Below, piece by piece: positions 8,548-19,467 of a stretch of 56,311 nucleotides of DNA. The translations under genes were made by a program, and so were the position numbers. The notes under the pieces are model-generated. The model did not search any database and had not been told where the DNA came from. It saw only the letters and a program-made list of their open reading frames with translations. The first letter of the stretch is position 1; the number at the start of each line of letters is the position of its first letter. Source of the stretch: Candidatus Thalassarchaeaceae archaeon (GTDB lineage: Archaea; Thermoplasmatota; Poseidoniia; Poseidoniales; Thalassarchaeaceae); assembly GCA_030747675.1 (NCBI GenBank), contig JASLKH010000047.1, positions 1 to 56,311 on the forward strand, given 5' to 3'.

Positions 8548-11500
8548 ATGATGTCACAATCACGTAGAGCATGTTCACTGTGCTTCTTGATAATAATGAT
8601 GTCACTTTCTCCTTTCTTGATGTCCTCCTCTGCTCAAGGGCCATCTGAAGAATTGGGTACTGTAATTGATTCTGGTTGGGTCCAATTAGACTTGACGGAT
8701 TCGAATGGCGATGGGCTTTCTACAGCAGATTTCCATCAGTTAATACCATATGGGGTTCAAATGGCTGATATTTCACTAGAAATCCAGGTAGATGGCTCCA
8801 ATGGATACCACTTAGAAAACCCGCGAATCTGGTCACCATCATCAGGTTCTATGTTGCTTGACTGGTCAAATGGACCGGGACTAGGCCAATTACTTGATTT
8901 CAAAAATGGAGATCCACACAACGGGCGAATGACTCCCAAATCAGACTCCACAGCAACATGGCAATTACCTGAAAATTCAACTGTGACCGATATTATTCTT
9001 GAGGCTCTCCGACCAGTGGATCCCCTTGTATCATTGGCCCCATATATTCTTGATATTCAAGCCTCTGCGGTACACCCGTCTGATGGGCGATTGTACTTGG
9101 CCGTAAGTGGTGATTCCTTGCTGATGCTTGATGCAAGCGCATCACCTGTAATTATTGATCGAATTGAAGATGTTGATATCCATTCATTAGTTGTCGATTA
9201 TAGCACTAATAGACTCCTGGGTCTTGAAAGCGATGGTAGTATACTATGTTGGAGTATTGTCACAGGGACTATTTGTGATGCCCCTTCTAATTTGGCCTCC
9301 CCCACTTCTCACCTTGCTATGGATCCATTCGGTATTCTTTGGGCCGCAGGGCCGGGACATCTTCATTCAAATGATGGAACTGGATGGCAAGAAGTCGCAT
9401 CATCTTCATCTCTACAAGATTGGCCTGATGAAATAGTCACCGATATTCATTTTCTGGGTTCTGAAGTTTTAATTTCAACCAACGGTGGAGGAATTGCTCG
9501 TTGGAACAGTGTTTCAAATTCACTCTTGGGCATTTGGTCAACTGCCAATCATCTACCTAGCGACCACATCTCTGTACTTGAAGAGAAATATGGAACGTTA
9601 TTTGTGGGTACATTTGATGAAGGTTTAGCACGGAAAGATTTGAACAGTGGGAATTGGTTAGCTGTTTGGCATGATGATAATTGGCTATCATCTAACAATA
9701 TTGTAGATTTGTCTACACACGGCGATTCAATTTCTATTCTCACAAATGTAGGTTTACATGTGTACGATGTCATTCAATCATCATTTACTGGGAATTCAAT
9801 GATGTCAGCAATGGGACTAAACCAAGATGGTATGGATTTAATTTCTTGGCCAACTGGTGGATTACGTGCACCACTCGAATCAGCATTAATGGTTAGTGAT
9901 GGCAGTGGTAAATTGGCAGTGCTCAATGCATCTGCTGTCCCACAAGCACTTGGTGACTTACTTTTGGCAACCACACCTACTAATTTCGAGGTCTACAACG
10001 TCCTTGAACTAAATGGGGTTCTATATGCCGCAGGTGATGTTTGCATTGATCGTTTCAATGTACATACGCGCTCTTGGATGGAACCTTTATTCCCCGAAAA
10101 TGGAGTAATTTCAATGACAACCGATGGATCAAGACTGTTTAGTGTAGGCGATGAGTTGTCGATTGATGTATGGGCGAGCAATGGTTCAAAAATAGAAACA
10201 ATTACTCTTGGTATGTCTGCAAACCCAACATCACTAGCATGGGATTCGCTAACAGGTTCTCTCTTGGTTGCGATGGGTGAAGATGGATTGGGACGATTAG
10301 AGATGTCATCTGGGAGCATCGATGTTTGGAATGAAAATGATGATTTCGAAGATGGCTTCGCATTCGACGTTGTTGCCAGAAACGGAATTGCATTTGTACC
10401 GATTGAAGGTGAAGGCGTAGCCCGCGTTGATCTTGTGAGTGGGGATGTTCTCGGAACTTGGAAGTCTAGCGATGTTGATGATGTCGAACATGCCCCCATT
10501 GCAGTTGGCGAAGATCACGTGTATCTTGGATTGTATGATGCCGGCGTGTTTGTTTTCGATCGAGACACAGGAGAAATTGTTGAAACTTGGTCTGATTCTG
10601 ATGAAGAGTGGTGGTGGTGGGTCGAGGAAGATCAATCAACATTTTCAGATCTTCCAAATTCGTGGGTCATTTCATTACACGTTGATTCAGATGATGAAGT
10701 ATACATCGGTCATGAAATGGGATTTGTTCGTCATACAGATGATGGTTTTGATTCTCCAAATGGAGATGATATGTGGTTCGGAGGTAAAACGACAGCCTTT
10801 GCTAGTGAATCAAATAGATTGTATGCTTTGCAAGAATATCAAGGTCTTTGTATCTACCAGCGAGATGACCTTTCACTTATTGAATGTTGGAATAATAATC
10901 CAAGGGCAACCGTTCAAATTGACGTTACAGATGGTAATTCACTGACCATACCGTCCCCCAACAGACTTTATGTTTCTACAGACCATGGTGCGTATCTCAT
11001 AGATACACTCAATGAAACCATATTGCAATCTTGGTCCTCTGGAGGTTCTACATGGAACACACCAGTTATCGTTTGGAATGATATTGCCCATTTGGGAGTA
11101 GATGGAATTGGTGTTGCTAGATATGATTTGAATAGTCAAATTTGGCTACCTCCTTGGGATGCGTCATCTGGGCAAATTCCAGATAATGGTGTAACTGCAT
11201 TAAGTGATGATTTGAATAATGCCCATCTTTGGGTCGGTGGCGACTTTGGCTTAGTTGAAATCGACATGAATTCTGCGAACCAAATTCAATCTTGGGATCA
11301 TTCATCTGATCCTCAAGTTTCACCCCATGCTCCTCAACAATTAGTAAGAATAGGCGATGTGTTACATTATCTTGAAACTCCTCCTGAGCGAAGAGATATA
11401 CCCATTTTTGGTGAAGACGATATTGGATTTGGTATTCTATCAATTGACGAAGGAAGTGACACTTCGGGACGTCAGCGTCCAGGAGGTGGTGGTAATGGTT

Positions 11501-14500
11501 TTGGCCAACCTACAACTAGGGTTTATCGTTACGATATAGATGATGCCGAGAGACTGAGTAGTCTCCGCCCATCATATTTGACATCGGGGAATCAAAATGG
11601 TTTATCCATAATTGGAATGGAGAATGTCCGTGACGATGAACTTTGGATTGGAGTTGGGAAGCCCACATCATATCATTGGAGTAATGATCCCGCGGGCATT
11701 GCACGCTGGGATGCAGGAGCAGGAGAATGGTTGGATGACATCGATCCTGATAGTTCAGTAGAGGATGATGGTTTAGTTGCCTTGTTGGGAGATTGTGATG
11801 AAACAAGCATCCAAGAAGATTCAGAATCATGTCTCGTATTCACATCCTATGGACCAGATCATCATCGTATGATGTGGTTGGATGGTACTATAGAAGCGGA
11901 ACCATTAATCGAAGGCCCAATTCGTTCTGGAGTAACTTGGGATGGACATGGTCTGTTAGCCACTCCTAATGGTGTAGTTCGCCTCTCAACTTCAAATTGG
12001 GCATTCGCAGACACATGGGAAGCCGGAGATGGGCTACCTCCATCTGCATCTAATAATGTCCGGGCTCTCGAAGTGGTTGGTGAAGATTTGTGGATGATTA
12101 CTAAATCGTCATCTTCAAGTTCCTCTTCTCAAATTCATCGATTAAATGGGTCTACAAATCAATGGATGACTTGGTCAGGTTCCAGTACAGATGAAATTGT
12201 AGACGGTACTGGAATCACTATTGAAATGTGTGGAGATATAATCCACTTTGGATTCTATGGGGAAATATGGAACAGCGAAGGAGGAATTTCTCGCTTCAAC
12301 CCAGTTGAAGATGAATGGCTAGAGCCCTTTGAATCTGAATGGGGAGATGTTTTTGATGATGGTGGTCGACAATTTGAAGATTCAATTGATGGGCTGATGT
12401 GGAGTTCAGTTTCAGCCTTGGCTTGTGATTCTCAAGATATATTGTACATTGGAGTTGATGATTTCGGTGATGGAATTCAGCGTTATGATTCTACTGAAGA
12501 TGAATGGTTATATCCAATTTATTCCGACGAATATGACTTGGGTTTTTCATCAGTTGCATACGATGCGATGCATTGGACCGACAGCATCCTAGCTATCGGC
12601 CACTTGCAGGATGGTGGCATGGAAGGAGCATTTTCATTGATTCCAGTACTTGGGGATTGGGTTGGAAATGGAAGAAGTGTTGATTATGGCTTCAGTTCCA
12701 CATCCATAGTTCCTTACCCCCAAATCGTTGGAACTTCAGCAGATTGGATTGTTGCCCAACCTGGTGCAAATGGCCATGGGCGGACAAAAATATTCAATTC
12801 CTTGGGTGATGACTTCGGAACCCTTGACACTTGGACTGGGATGACTGATGGCCGCGCCCGTCATTTTGCAGGTAACAATTCACATGTCTATGGGGCATTT
12901 CTTTCTTCTAATTCTGATAGAACAGATGGCTCAACGATGATTCTTGAAGGCGTTCAAGTTGGAGAAGGAGATATTGAATGGTTACGATCATGGGAACTTT
13001 CCTATGCAGGAATTGAGCGGTTATTATTGGATGGTGGAATACTCTGGATTACAACAAGATATTCGGGCTTGCATCGAATTGATTTAGCGACAGGAAATAT
13101 GAATGCCATGCCACCCACTGCCCACGACAGTCTTTCATTCATGGTTCCGTATGATGGTGATATTGTAATCGGCCTTAGCGCAGTAGAAATGTCTGCCGGT
13201 GTGGCAGTATTTGATTTGGATAACAGTCAATTTGTTGGTGGTGCCTTGATTCCAGGTTTACCCTCGCCACAAGTCAAGGATATAGTTGAAAATGATGGCC
13301 ATATTTGGTTTGCAACTCCTGGTGGCGTGGGCTCTTGGAATATTGCTTCGGGTACCTGGGGTCCAACAATTAGTGTGGGTAATGGATTAACTTCCAGTGA
13401 AATACGTGGGTTAGAAGTAGTGAGCAGTGAACTTTGGGTTTCTACGTTTGGAGGATTATGTGTTGTAGATACTTCATCCACTCCTAATGTCCAACAATGT
13501 CTTACTCGCAATCAGGGATTAGCGGGAACTTCCAGTGTAGATATCACTAGTGATGGGGGTTTAATTTACACGAGCCACGATGGTTTCGGTTCCACAAGAC
13601 CAGGTGCAACCCAGGTTCGAGGAGTAGATCGTAATGCCTTGATTCAATATCACGCAGATTCTTTGCCTAGCAACGATGTTACAGCAATAGCAGCAGATGG
13701 TTGGGGCGTACACATAGCCACTCAAGCAGAACCCCTCTCTCATTGGAATGCAGCGACAAATCAAATGGAAAATGGAATTGTTTCCTCAGATACAGGAGAT
13801 TGGCCAATAACTAGTTTATCGAGTAATGGTCAGATTTTATTGGCTGGAACTGCAGGTATTCTGCATAGGATATCTGTTCAAGGTGTAGGACACCCCTTGC
13901 TTAATTCAACTGGAGCACCAGGCATAGTATCAACAATTCAGGGACAATATGGGACTTGGGTTGCCTCTGGAGAATCGGGTGTACGTCCGTTTGGTGCCCA
14001 TTCAGGGTATCAAATTCTCTCTCAAATTATCGATAAGAGAGCTACACCATTGAGAGCATCATTGGGAGTGGAGATGACTGACATAACTACGGAAGCAAGG
14101 CCAGGAAACTCATTTTCTCTTGACTTGGGAACTGGAGTCCTCATTGGAGGAAACAACAGTGCGCTCATTCTTTCTGAAACTCCTCTCATTTTCAGTAGTG
14201 ATGTTGAAGGTGCCGCTGTCTGGGCCCGTACAAATATACTGAATTATTCTGGGATATGGGATTTGTCTGCCACAGACGAGGGTATGCGTTCAATTCTACA
14301 AACTGTGGCTTTTGGTGCAACTAACGAAAGCGGACATGATTTACACCTAAGATTTGATTCTCCTTCAGAAGGTTCAATATTAGTGCGTTTAACTTACACA
14401 GCAATTCCATCAGATTCGCCTGTACAATTGCTTCTATTAGAGGATAGGCCTAATGACGGAGGGGATGCGTTGATTGCAACTTGGACTCCTACTCTTGAAG

Positions 14501-16776
14501 CGGGCTTCACTCAGTACAATGTTTACGCAACTCAAGGGGATGTGTCATCATGGCCACCATCAGTTTCAGAATTAGCATTGATAACACCAGATTTGATAAT
14601 CCCTGAACGCTTCAATGTCCAAGGCTTACTGACAACTGCGGAGGGCTTTAATTTCACAACTAACGTAGACACATATGTTGTCGTTGCAGTTCAATACAGC
14701 AATGGGAACGTCTCGAATGCAAGCGGAACCTTAGGCCCAGTTCGGCCTTTCGATGACATTCCAATGGCACCTACTTGGGCAAGCACTGAAATTGATGAGA
14801 GTTCGGTCAAAGTTGAGTGGGAGTATTGCACAGCTCTTGATTACATGTTCAGTCAATTTGATTATTCTACTAGCCCACTTGCACCCCTAGAGTCGTGGCA
14901 GGGTGGTTGGCAGGGGGAGGAGGTAAACCCTGCTTTAGGAGATAATTTCACTAGTGTACCTTTGCTAGGTTTACCGGTTTGGGCTCGGATATATTGCGTA
15001 GACGATACCTGGCAAATAGATATAGAAAACCCTCTTCTAATTGGCCCATTCACAACTTCGATTGAGAATGACACCGATGCTCCAGCCCCTCTTGACTGGG
15101 TATTGGTAGATGATCATCCAGATGATGCGGGAAGTGCCCTCGATATTTCCTGGGCTGAATCGGAGGCTGATGATTGTGCTTTGTACGCAGTCCATCTCAC
15201 TCCTGTGAATGGAGCCTTGCCACCCCTAAGCACGAACCAAATCCCAATTGTCAAATGGATTTCGGGATGTGAAAACACTGAAACGATGATTTCGGGTCTG
15301 GAAAATGGCCAACCGTATTGGGTTACAGTTGTCGCATATGATCACCAATTAAATGCAGGTTCTGAAAATAATCCTTGGGATGAAGGGATACCTTTGGCAG
15401 ATCTCAGAGAAACTGAAGCCCCCGGTCGAATCGATAGTATCTATGCAATTGACGCACCAAATGATTCAGGAAACTCCATTGAAATTAGTTGGGTTCAATC
15501 TTCTGATATTGATGTCGCTTACTACACAATTTGGATTTCTGAACATGATGTATCAGATGTGTCAGATATGTGGCCTCGTTGCTCGTTTTATCTTGACACC
15601 TGCGCTGAGATGATTTTGGATGTGGAATTGTCCAGTGGAATTAATCAGAGTACTGTAATTCGTAAAGGATTATATGGGAATGGGTTAGGAAATAGTATCA
15701 GAGTTGAAATTATTCCAGATATTGAGTTATTTGTCTCAATTTCTGTCCATGATGAAGATGGTAATGTACATCTCAATGACTTGGTGACAACTAAAGTGAC
15801 ACCAGTAGACAATCTAAGAGATTTGGAACCTCCATCTCGAATGGATCGTCCTTTGCTATCTGATGTAGTGGGTGATTATGGCAATGCGCTATGGATGGAA
15901 TTTACGCCTTCAGTTGCAACAGATCTTGCTTGGTACGAGATTTATGTTGAACCATTTGAATATGAGGATGTTTGCAATTTACAACCAACATTGTTACTCC
16001 CCGTTGACTCTGAACAACCTCTCAAATTAATTCGCTTCTCAAGTGGCCGATTCTTGCAATCAGGCGAAGTCGCAACTGTTACTATTGTAGCAGTCGATGC
16101 TTCTGCTAATGCAAATTGCGAGGATATATTGACTGCTTCAATGGCCCCCATCGCAGATGCTGAACCAGTTGATGTGAATCCATCTGTTGATGAGTTATCT
16201 GCAATTTGGATTGAAAATGGTACTGCGCTCGAGATCACGTGGGAGCGGACTCAGGATTCTCGTCCAGGGCTTTCAATATATATTTCAGATTCAAGATTTG
16301 CTGTAACAGGTCAATCAGAACTAGTGGCAACTAATGTTCAAAGGGATGTATTTGTAATACGAATTGTAGATGACGAACCGATTGACTCCACTAAATACTG
16401 GTGGGTTGCAGTTACTAATGATCATGCTGTGGGGCAAATCGTTCAGGTTTCACCAACCGAAGTTGCGCCATTTGGGATGGATAATGAAGCAAATGATGTG
16501 ACCCTAATTGATAATTTGGGCCTAATTGTGGCCTTAATCAGCATATTTATTCTATTATCTGCTTTGGCCGTAGTTGTAGTAATGAGAAGAAGTCGAGGAT
16601 TAGGAAATGAATTCTTAGATCAGTCAAATTTGGTTTCTGGGGAAATAGATATGACAAACGATATGTGGAAATCCGCAGAAACTGAATCAATGCAAACCCC
16701 CTCTGAAAGCGACTCATTACCCTCGATGATCAGTCCTGAGGGTGCTGACACATCGTTCATAGATGATTTACTCTGA
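8548..16776 (+). CDS. Giant secreted/membrane-anchored surface protein (beta-propeller repeats plus FN3-like modules, C-terminal TM anchor)
   Basis: The ORF opens at 8536; the first ATG is at 8548. Signal peptide: MMSQSRRACSLCFLIIMMSLSPFLMSSSAQG. Many 'two-component regulator propeller'-like repeats are present (W.GT..GL.R.D type, e.g. ISTNGGGIARWNSVSNS, WITTRYSGLHRIDLATGN, WFATPGGVGSWNIASGTW). The C-terminal third contains repeated modules with the P-[ND]-D-x-G-x-[AS]-[LI]-x-I-[ST]-W motif. The TM anchor is LIVALISIFILLSALAVVVVM, followed by an acidic tail. Confidence 0.8.
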   Translation: MMSQSRRACSLCFLIIMMSLSPFLMSSSAQGPSEELGTVIDSGWVQLDLTDSNGDGLSTADFHQLIPYGVQMADISLEIQVDGSNGYHLENPRIWSPSSGSMLLDWSNGPGLGQLLDFKNGDPHNGRMTPKSDSTATWQLPENSTVTDIILEALRPVDPLVSLAPYILDIQASAVHPSDGRLYLAVSGDSLLMLDASASPVIIDRIEDVDIHSLVVDYSTNRLLGLESDGSILCWSIVTGTICDAPSNLASPTSHLAMDPFGILWAAGPGHLHSNDGTGWQEVASSSSLQDWPDEIVTDIHFLGSEVLISTNGGGIARWNSVSNSLLGIWSTANHLPSDHISVLEEKYGTLFVGTFDEGLARKDLNSGNWLAVWHDDNWLSSNNIVDLSTHGDSISILTNVGLHVYDVIQSSFTGNSMMSAMGLNQDGMDLISWPTGGLRAPLESALMVSDGSGKLAVLNASAVPQALGDLLLATTPTNFEVYNVLELNGVLYAAGDVCIDRFNVHTRSWMEPLFPENGVISMTTDGSRLFSVGDELSIDVWASNGSKIETITLGMSANPTSLAWDSLTGSLLVAMGEDGLGRLEMSSGSIDVWNENDDFEDGFAFDVVARNGIAFVPIEGEGVARVDLVSGDVLGTWKSSDVDDVEHAPIAVGEDHVYLGLYDAGVFVFDRDTGEIVETWSDSDEEWWWWVEEDQSTFSDLPNSWVISLHVDSDDEVYIGHEMGFVRHTDDGFDSPNGDDMWFGGKTTAFASESNRLYALQEYQGLCIYQRDDLSLIECWNNNPRATVQIDVTDGNSLTIPSPNRLYVSTDHGAYLIDTLNETILQSWSSGGSTWNTPVIVWNDIAHLGVDGIGVARYDLNSQIWLPPWDASSGQIPDNGVTALSDDLNNAHLWVGGDFGLVEIDMNSANQIQSWDHSSDPQVSPHAPQQLVRIGDVLHYLETPPERRDIPIFGEDDIGFGILSIDEGSDTSGRQRPGGGGNGFGQPTTRVYRYDIDDAERLSSLRPSYLTSGNQNGLSIIGMENVRDDELWIGVGKPTSYHWSNDPAGIARWDAGAGEWLDDIDPDSSVEDDGLVALLGDCDETSIQEDSESCLVFTSYGPDHHRMMWLDGTIEAEPLIEGPIRSGVTWDGHGLLATPNGVVRLSTSNWAFADTWEAGDGLPPSASNNVRALEVVGEDLWMITKSSSSSSSSQIHRLNGSTNQWMTWSGSSTDEIVDGTGITIEMCGDIIHFGFYGEIWNSEGGISRFNPVEDEWLEPFESEWGDVFDDGGRQFEDSIDGLMWSSVSALACDSQDILYIGVDDFGDGIQRYDSTEDEWLYPIYSDEYDLGFSSVAYDAMHWTDSILAIGHLQDGGMEGAFSLIPVLGDWVGNGRSVDYGFSSTSIVPYPQIVGTSADWIVAQPGANGHGRTKIFNSLGDDFGTLDTWTGMTDGRARHFAGNNSHVYGAFLSSNSDRTDGSTMILEGVQVGEGDIEWLRSWELSYAGIERLLLDGGILWITTRYSGLHRIDLATGNMNAMPPTAHDSLSFMVPYDGDIVIGLSAVEMSAGVAVFDLDNSQFVGGALIPGLPSPQVKDIVENDGHIWFATPGGVGSWNIASGTWGPTISVGNGLTSSEIRGLEVVSSELWVSTFGGLCVVDTSSTPNVQQCLTRNQGLAGTSSVDITSDGGLIYTSHDGFGSTRPGATQVRGVDRNALIQYHADSLPSNDVTAIAADGWGVHIATQAEPLSHWNAATNQMENGIVSSDTGDWPITSLSSNGQILLAGTAGILHRISVQGVGHPLLNSTGAPGIVSTIQGQYGTWVASGESGVRPFGAHSGYQILSQIIDKRATPLRASLGVEMTDITTEARPGNSFSLDLGTGVLIGGNNSALILSETPLIFSSDVEGAAVWARTNILNYSGIWDLSATDEGMRSILQTVAFGATNESGHDLHLRFDSPSEGSILVRLTYTAIPSDSPVQLLLLEDRPNDGGDALIATWTPTLEAGFTQYNVYATQGDVSSWPPSVSELALITPDLIIPERFNVQGLLTTAEGFNFTTNVDTYVVVAVQYSNGNVSNASGTLGPVRPFDDIPMAPTWASTEIDESSVKVEWEYCTALDYMFSQFDYSTSPLAPLESWQGGWQGEEVNPALGDNFTSVPLLGLPVWARIYCVDDTWQIDIENPLLIGPFTTSIENDTDAPAPLDWVLVDDHPDDAGSALDISWAESEADDCALYAVHLTPVNGALPPLSTNQIPIVKWISGCENTETMISGLENGQPYWVTVVAYDHQLNAGSENNPWDEGIPLADLRETEAPGRIDSIYAIDAPNDSGNSIEISWVQSSDIDVAYYTIWISEHDVSDVSDMWPRCSFYLDTCAEMILDVELSSGINQSTVIRKGLYGNGLGNSIRVEIIPDIELFVSISVHDEDGNVHLNDLVTTKVTPVDNLRDLEPPSRMDRPLLSDVVGDYGNALWMEFTPSVATDLAWYEIYVEPFEYEDVCNLQPTLLLPVDSEQPLKLIRFSSGRFLQSGEVATVTIVAVDASANANCEDILTASMAPIADAEPVDVNPSVDELSAIWIENGTALEITWERTQDSRPGLSIYISDSRFAVTGQSELVATNVQRDVFVIRIVDDEPIDSTKYWWVAVTNDHAVGQIVQVSPTEVAPFGMDNEANDVTLIDNLGLIVALISIFILLSALAVVVVMRRSRGLGNEFLDQSNLVSGEIDMTNDMWKSAETESMQTPSESDSLPSMISPEGADTSFIDDLL

Positions 16777-17673
16777 TTAGAGTGGCAGATCATCTCGGTT
16801 TTGTTTTTCGCCAGATTTCCAATTGTAAATCCCACTCCCTGATTTCTTCCCCAAATCTCCGGCCTTGACAAGGGCACTAAGTAGTGGGTGTGGAATATAG
16901 CGGTCATCATCATGTGCTTTGGCTAGATTTTCCAATATGTGATGACGTACATCGAGTCCGACAAGATCTGTTAATTCCAATGGCCCCATTGGATGCCGGT
17001 ATCCCAGTGTCATTGCAGTATCAATATCGGAAGCACTAGCAACACCTTCTGCTAGCATTCGAATTGCTTCATTCCCAAGAACCACACCAAGACGTGAAGT
17101 TGCAAATCCTGCAATATCATTCACCATGATTGTAGTTTTACCCATTGCTTTGCCAATTGATTCTGCAAGTGCTGCAGTTTCGTCACTAGTTGTATCAGCT
17201 CTAATTAATTCTAGGAGTTTCATTATTGGTACTGGATTGAAGAAGTGCATTCCAATCACTTTGTCACTCCGTCCGCTGGCATTTGCAATATCAGTTATTG
17301 ATAATCCAGATGTATTGGTTGCTAGAATGCAGTGAGGGGGGGCATATTTGTGTAGGTCAACAAAAATTCGATGCTTTAATTCAGGAATTTCAGGCACAGC
17401 TTCGATTACCAAATCAGCATTAGAAACAGCTCCTTTCAGATCTGAAACCGCTTGCACATTTTGAGACCACTTTGCCTTTTGCTCTGGCGTTGTTTTTCCA
17501 CGAGCAATTCCTTTTTCCCAAAAGTCATTAATTACTTCCATTCCTTTTTCTAACCCTTCTGGAAATGCATCGAATAAATTCGTTTTGTATCCAGTTTGAG
17601 CACAAACTTGAGCAATACCAGCACCCATTGTACCTGCGCCAATAATGGCAACAGTACGGATCGACAATTTCAT
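16777..17673 (-). CDS. 3-hydroxyacyl-CoA (3-hydroxybutyryl-CoA) dehydrogenase
   Basis: 298 aa. Rossmann motif VAIIGAGTMGAGIAQV. Also NTSGLSITD and GMHFFNPVPIMKLLELI, typical of the HBD/FadB C-terminal family. Confidence 0.9.
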   Translation of the reverse strand: MKLSIRTVAIIGAGTMGAGIAQVCAQTGYKTNLFDAFPEGLEKGMEVINDFWEKGIARGKTTPEQKAKWSQNVQAVSDLKGAVSNADLVIEAVPEIPELKHRIFVDLHKYAPPHCILATNTSGLSITDIANASGRSDKVIGMHFFNPVPIMKLLELIRADTTSDETAALAESIGKAMGKTTIMVNDIAGFATSRLGVVLGNEAIRMLAEGVASASDIDTAMTLGYRHPMGPLELTDLVGLDVRHHILENLAKAHDDDRYIPHPLLSALVKAGDLGKKSGSGIYNWKSGEKQNRDDLPL

Positions 17674-18239
17674 TCCTCCTTGCCATAAGAAGCAAGTGCT
17701 GATTGGAAAAGACGTTGTCTTGGCACATCGTGCTCAAGGAATGAATAGAATGGGGCCAGATTTTTTAACAATTCAATTGAGGCTGCATATGCTCCATAAG
17801 TGAAGGGACAAGCATCCTTTGTGTCTGGGATGTCAAAACCTAATTTCGCAAGCCCCTTCCTTGTGTTTTCGTCCCAAATCGCATAAGTATGCTTGGTAAA
17901 ATGTAAGTAAGCAGACAATCTTTTTACATCACTTCTCGCTTCATCAGTTAGACTTTCTATTAGTAGCGTATCTGGGTAGCGTACTGCATAGAGGAAGAGA
18001 AGCACCTCGCGTTCAGTATCACTTTTCCACCCTCTTTGTTCAAACCCCATCCACTCATCAATCATATCGAGTGTGTGACTAGAATAGGGGCGACAGATAC
18101 GGTATAGCAATTCTTCGTAACCATCAGCATCTTGTCCGGTAGAATGGTGATGCGAATGAAATAATTCAGGCACTCGTGCAAAGAACGGCTGCAACTTTTT
18201 CCGCTCAACATTGAGTAGCCCATAGGCCAGCATTGTCAT
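17670..18239 (-). CDS. Hypothetical protein (operon partner of the di-iron oxygenase)
   Basis: 189 aa with no motif I recognise. It shows 4-nt (ATGA-type) overlap coupling with the downstream dehydrogenase gene and lies 15 nt after the oxygenase gene. Confidence 0.5.
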   Translation of the reverse strand: MTMLAYGLLNVERKKLQPFFARVPELFHSHHHSTGQDADGYEELLYRICRPYSSHTLDMIDEWMGFEQRGWKSDTEREVLLFLYAVRYPDTLLIESLTDEARSDVKRLSAYLHFTKHTYAIWDENTRKGLAKLGFDIPDTKDACPFTYGAYAASIELLKNLAPFYSFLEHDVPRQRLFQSALASYGKEE

Positions 18240-18254
18240 ACATTCAACTCCGCA

Positions 18255-19421
18255 TCAATTCCCTTTCCACTCGCGATATTGAATCCATTCTTGAGTGAGA
18301 TATTCTTCCATCAATTTTTTCTCATCGGCTTCAGTCGGTAACACTGAATTGAGGTAGGCTTCCCAATCATCATCATTACCTTCAAATGATTCACCATGGA
18401 CATCATACCGAATACCATGATGAAGACCAATACCTCGATTGAATTTGTCACTAGGGATGAATAATTCCGGCTCTCCCTCCTTTCGAGGTTTAGATATTCG
18501 ACGCATCTCTTCTTTGAGCTCTTCCCAATACAAATTCCGACTTGCTTCATTCAAATGGTCCCGGTCAGCATCCTCATCACTTTCCCTTTCGTCATATCGC
18601 CCTTTAATCCCATACACATAGGCCCATTGTGCCGATGTACTTTCATCAGTACCGAATAAGTCTAGTCCAGTACTTACCCACTTGTTAATGTACTTCTGAA
18701 GGAATGAAATTGGAATTAGACCTTGTTTCACAATCCGTCGTAATCCATTTGCCCCTGTGCCCAAATGGAATGATTCTTCTTTGAGCATGGGTCCCATACT
18801 TGCTGCCAATGGTTTGAATGAGGATGTACTGAGCATTTTCAACTGATATTTCCCATCACGATCAATGAAGTGCGTAAAACAGAAAAAATCAAGCCAATGG
18901 TCAATTGGCTCATTGAATGAACCTAGAAGGCGACCCCGTTCTTCTTCCCCTCGTGTTTGATTACCCATTGAGTTTCGTTCAAGCAATTTCATTGCTTCTC
19001 GTACACCTTGCTCACCAAAGAAAGTGCACAACAAGTAAGCCATTTGCCAACCATGTCGTTGTTCTTCGCACATGATTCTGAGAGCTGACTTTTTATCATA
19101 TTCAGTGGGGGCTGAGTCGAGCAAATGGTTTTGTTGCTCGACGCTAGCGAATTCAGTATCTCCTTGAACAGTCACCATTGAAATAATTGCATCTCGAATG
19201 TTTTGCTGAGGAACTTGCATTCTTCTTTCCCACTTAGGCATTCCTTCAAAGTCTCCGAATTCAATGGAATCACCAGCTGTATCCCAATCGAATTTGATAT
19301 CGAATGTGTAATCTCCCAACCAACTTGGGTCAAATCCAATTCTTGTTTGCCATTCTTGGAACTCTGAAATCCACGCTTCAAAGTTCGGTGTATACGTCTC
19401 GACGATTTCGGTCGTGCTCAT
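18255..19421 (-). CDS. Di-iron carboxylate oxygenase, PaaA/BoxB-like (acyl-CoA epoxidase family)
   Basis: 388 aa. It has two E-x-x-H motifs in helical context (MCEEQRHGWQMAYLL and LKEESFHLGTG) plus QGDTEFASVEQQ. This resembles benzoyl-CoA/phenylacetyl-CoA oxygenase catalytic subunits. Confidence 0.55.
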   Translation of the reverse strand: MSTTEIVETYTPNFEAWISEFQEWQTRIGFDPSWLGDYTFDIKFDWDTAGDSIEFGDFEGMPKWERRMQVPQQNIRDAIISMVTVQGDTEFASVEQQNHLLDSAPTEYDKKSALRIMCEEQRHGWQMAYLLCTFFGEQGVREAMKLLERNSMGNQTRGEEERGRLLGSFNEPIDHWLDFFCFTHFIDRDGKYQLKMLSTSSFKPLAASMGPMLKEESFHLGTGANGLRRIVKQGLIPISFLQKYINKWVSTGLDLFGTDESTSAQWAYVYGIKGRYDERESDEDADRDHLNEASRNLYWEELKEEMRRISKPRKEGEPELFIPSDKFNRGIGLHHGIRYDVHGESFEGNDDDWEAYLNSVLPTEADEKKLMEEYLTQEWIQYREWKGN

Positions 19422-19423
19422 AT

Positions 19424-19440
19424 CTGTCCCGTAGGGACAG
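19424..19440 (-). other. GC-clamped hairpin 2 nt upstream of the oxygenase start codon (CTGTCCC-GTA-GGGACAG on the + strand)
   Basis: A perfect 7-bp stem with a 3-nt loop lies between the stop of the crotonase gene (19468) and the ATG at 19421. Confidence 0.4.
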
Positions 19441-19467
19441 TTATATTTGAATTAGTGTTTTTTCAAT

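Noticed and set aside
887-12129. Short homopolymeric codon runs: Ala6 (887-904), Trp4 (about 10606-10617), Ser-run (about 12106-12129)
   Set aside because: These are low-complexity stretches within coding regions. They are not tandem DNA repeats of regulatory or mobile origin.
9191-13764. Numerous 60-170-aa ORFs in other frames or antisense within the 2742-aa gene (e.g. 9993-10499, 10439-10945); the same occurs within 42111-47963
   Set aside because: They lie entirely inside a long frame with a coherent domain and repeat structure. Their translations are low-complexity with no motifs.
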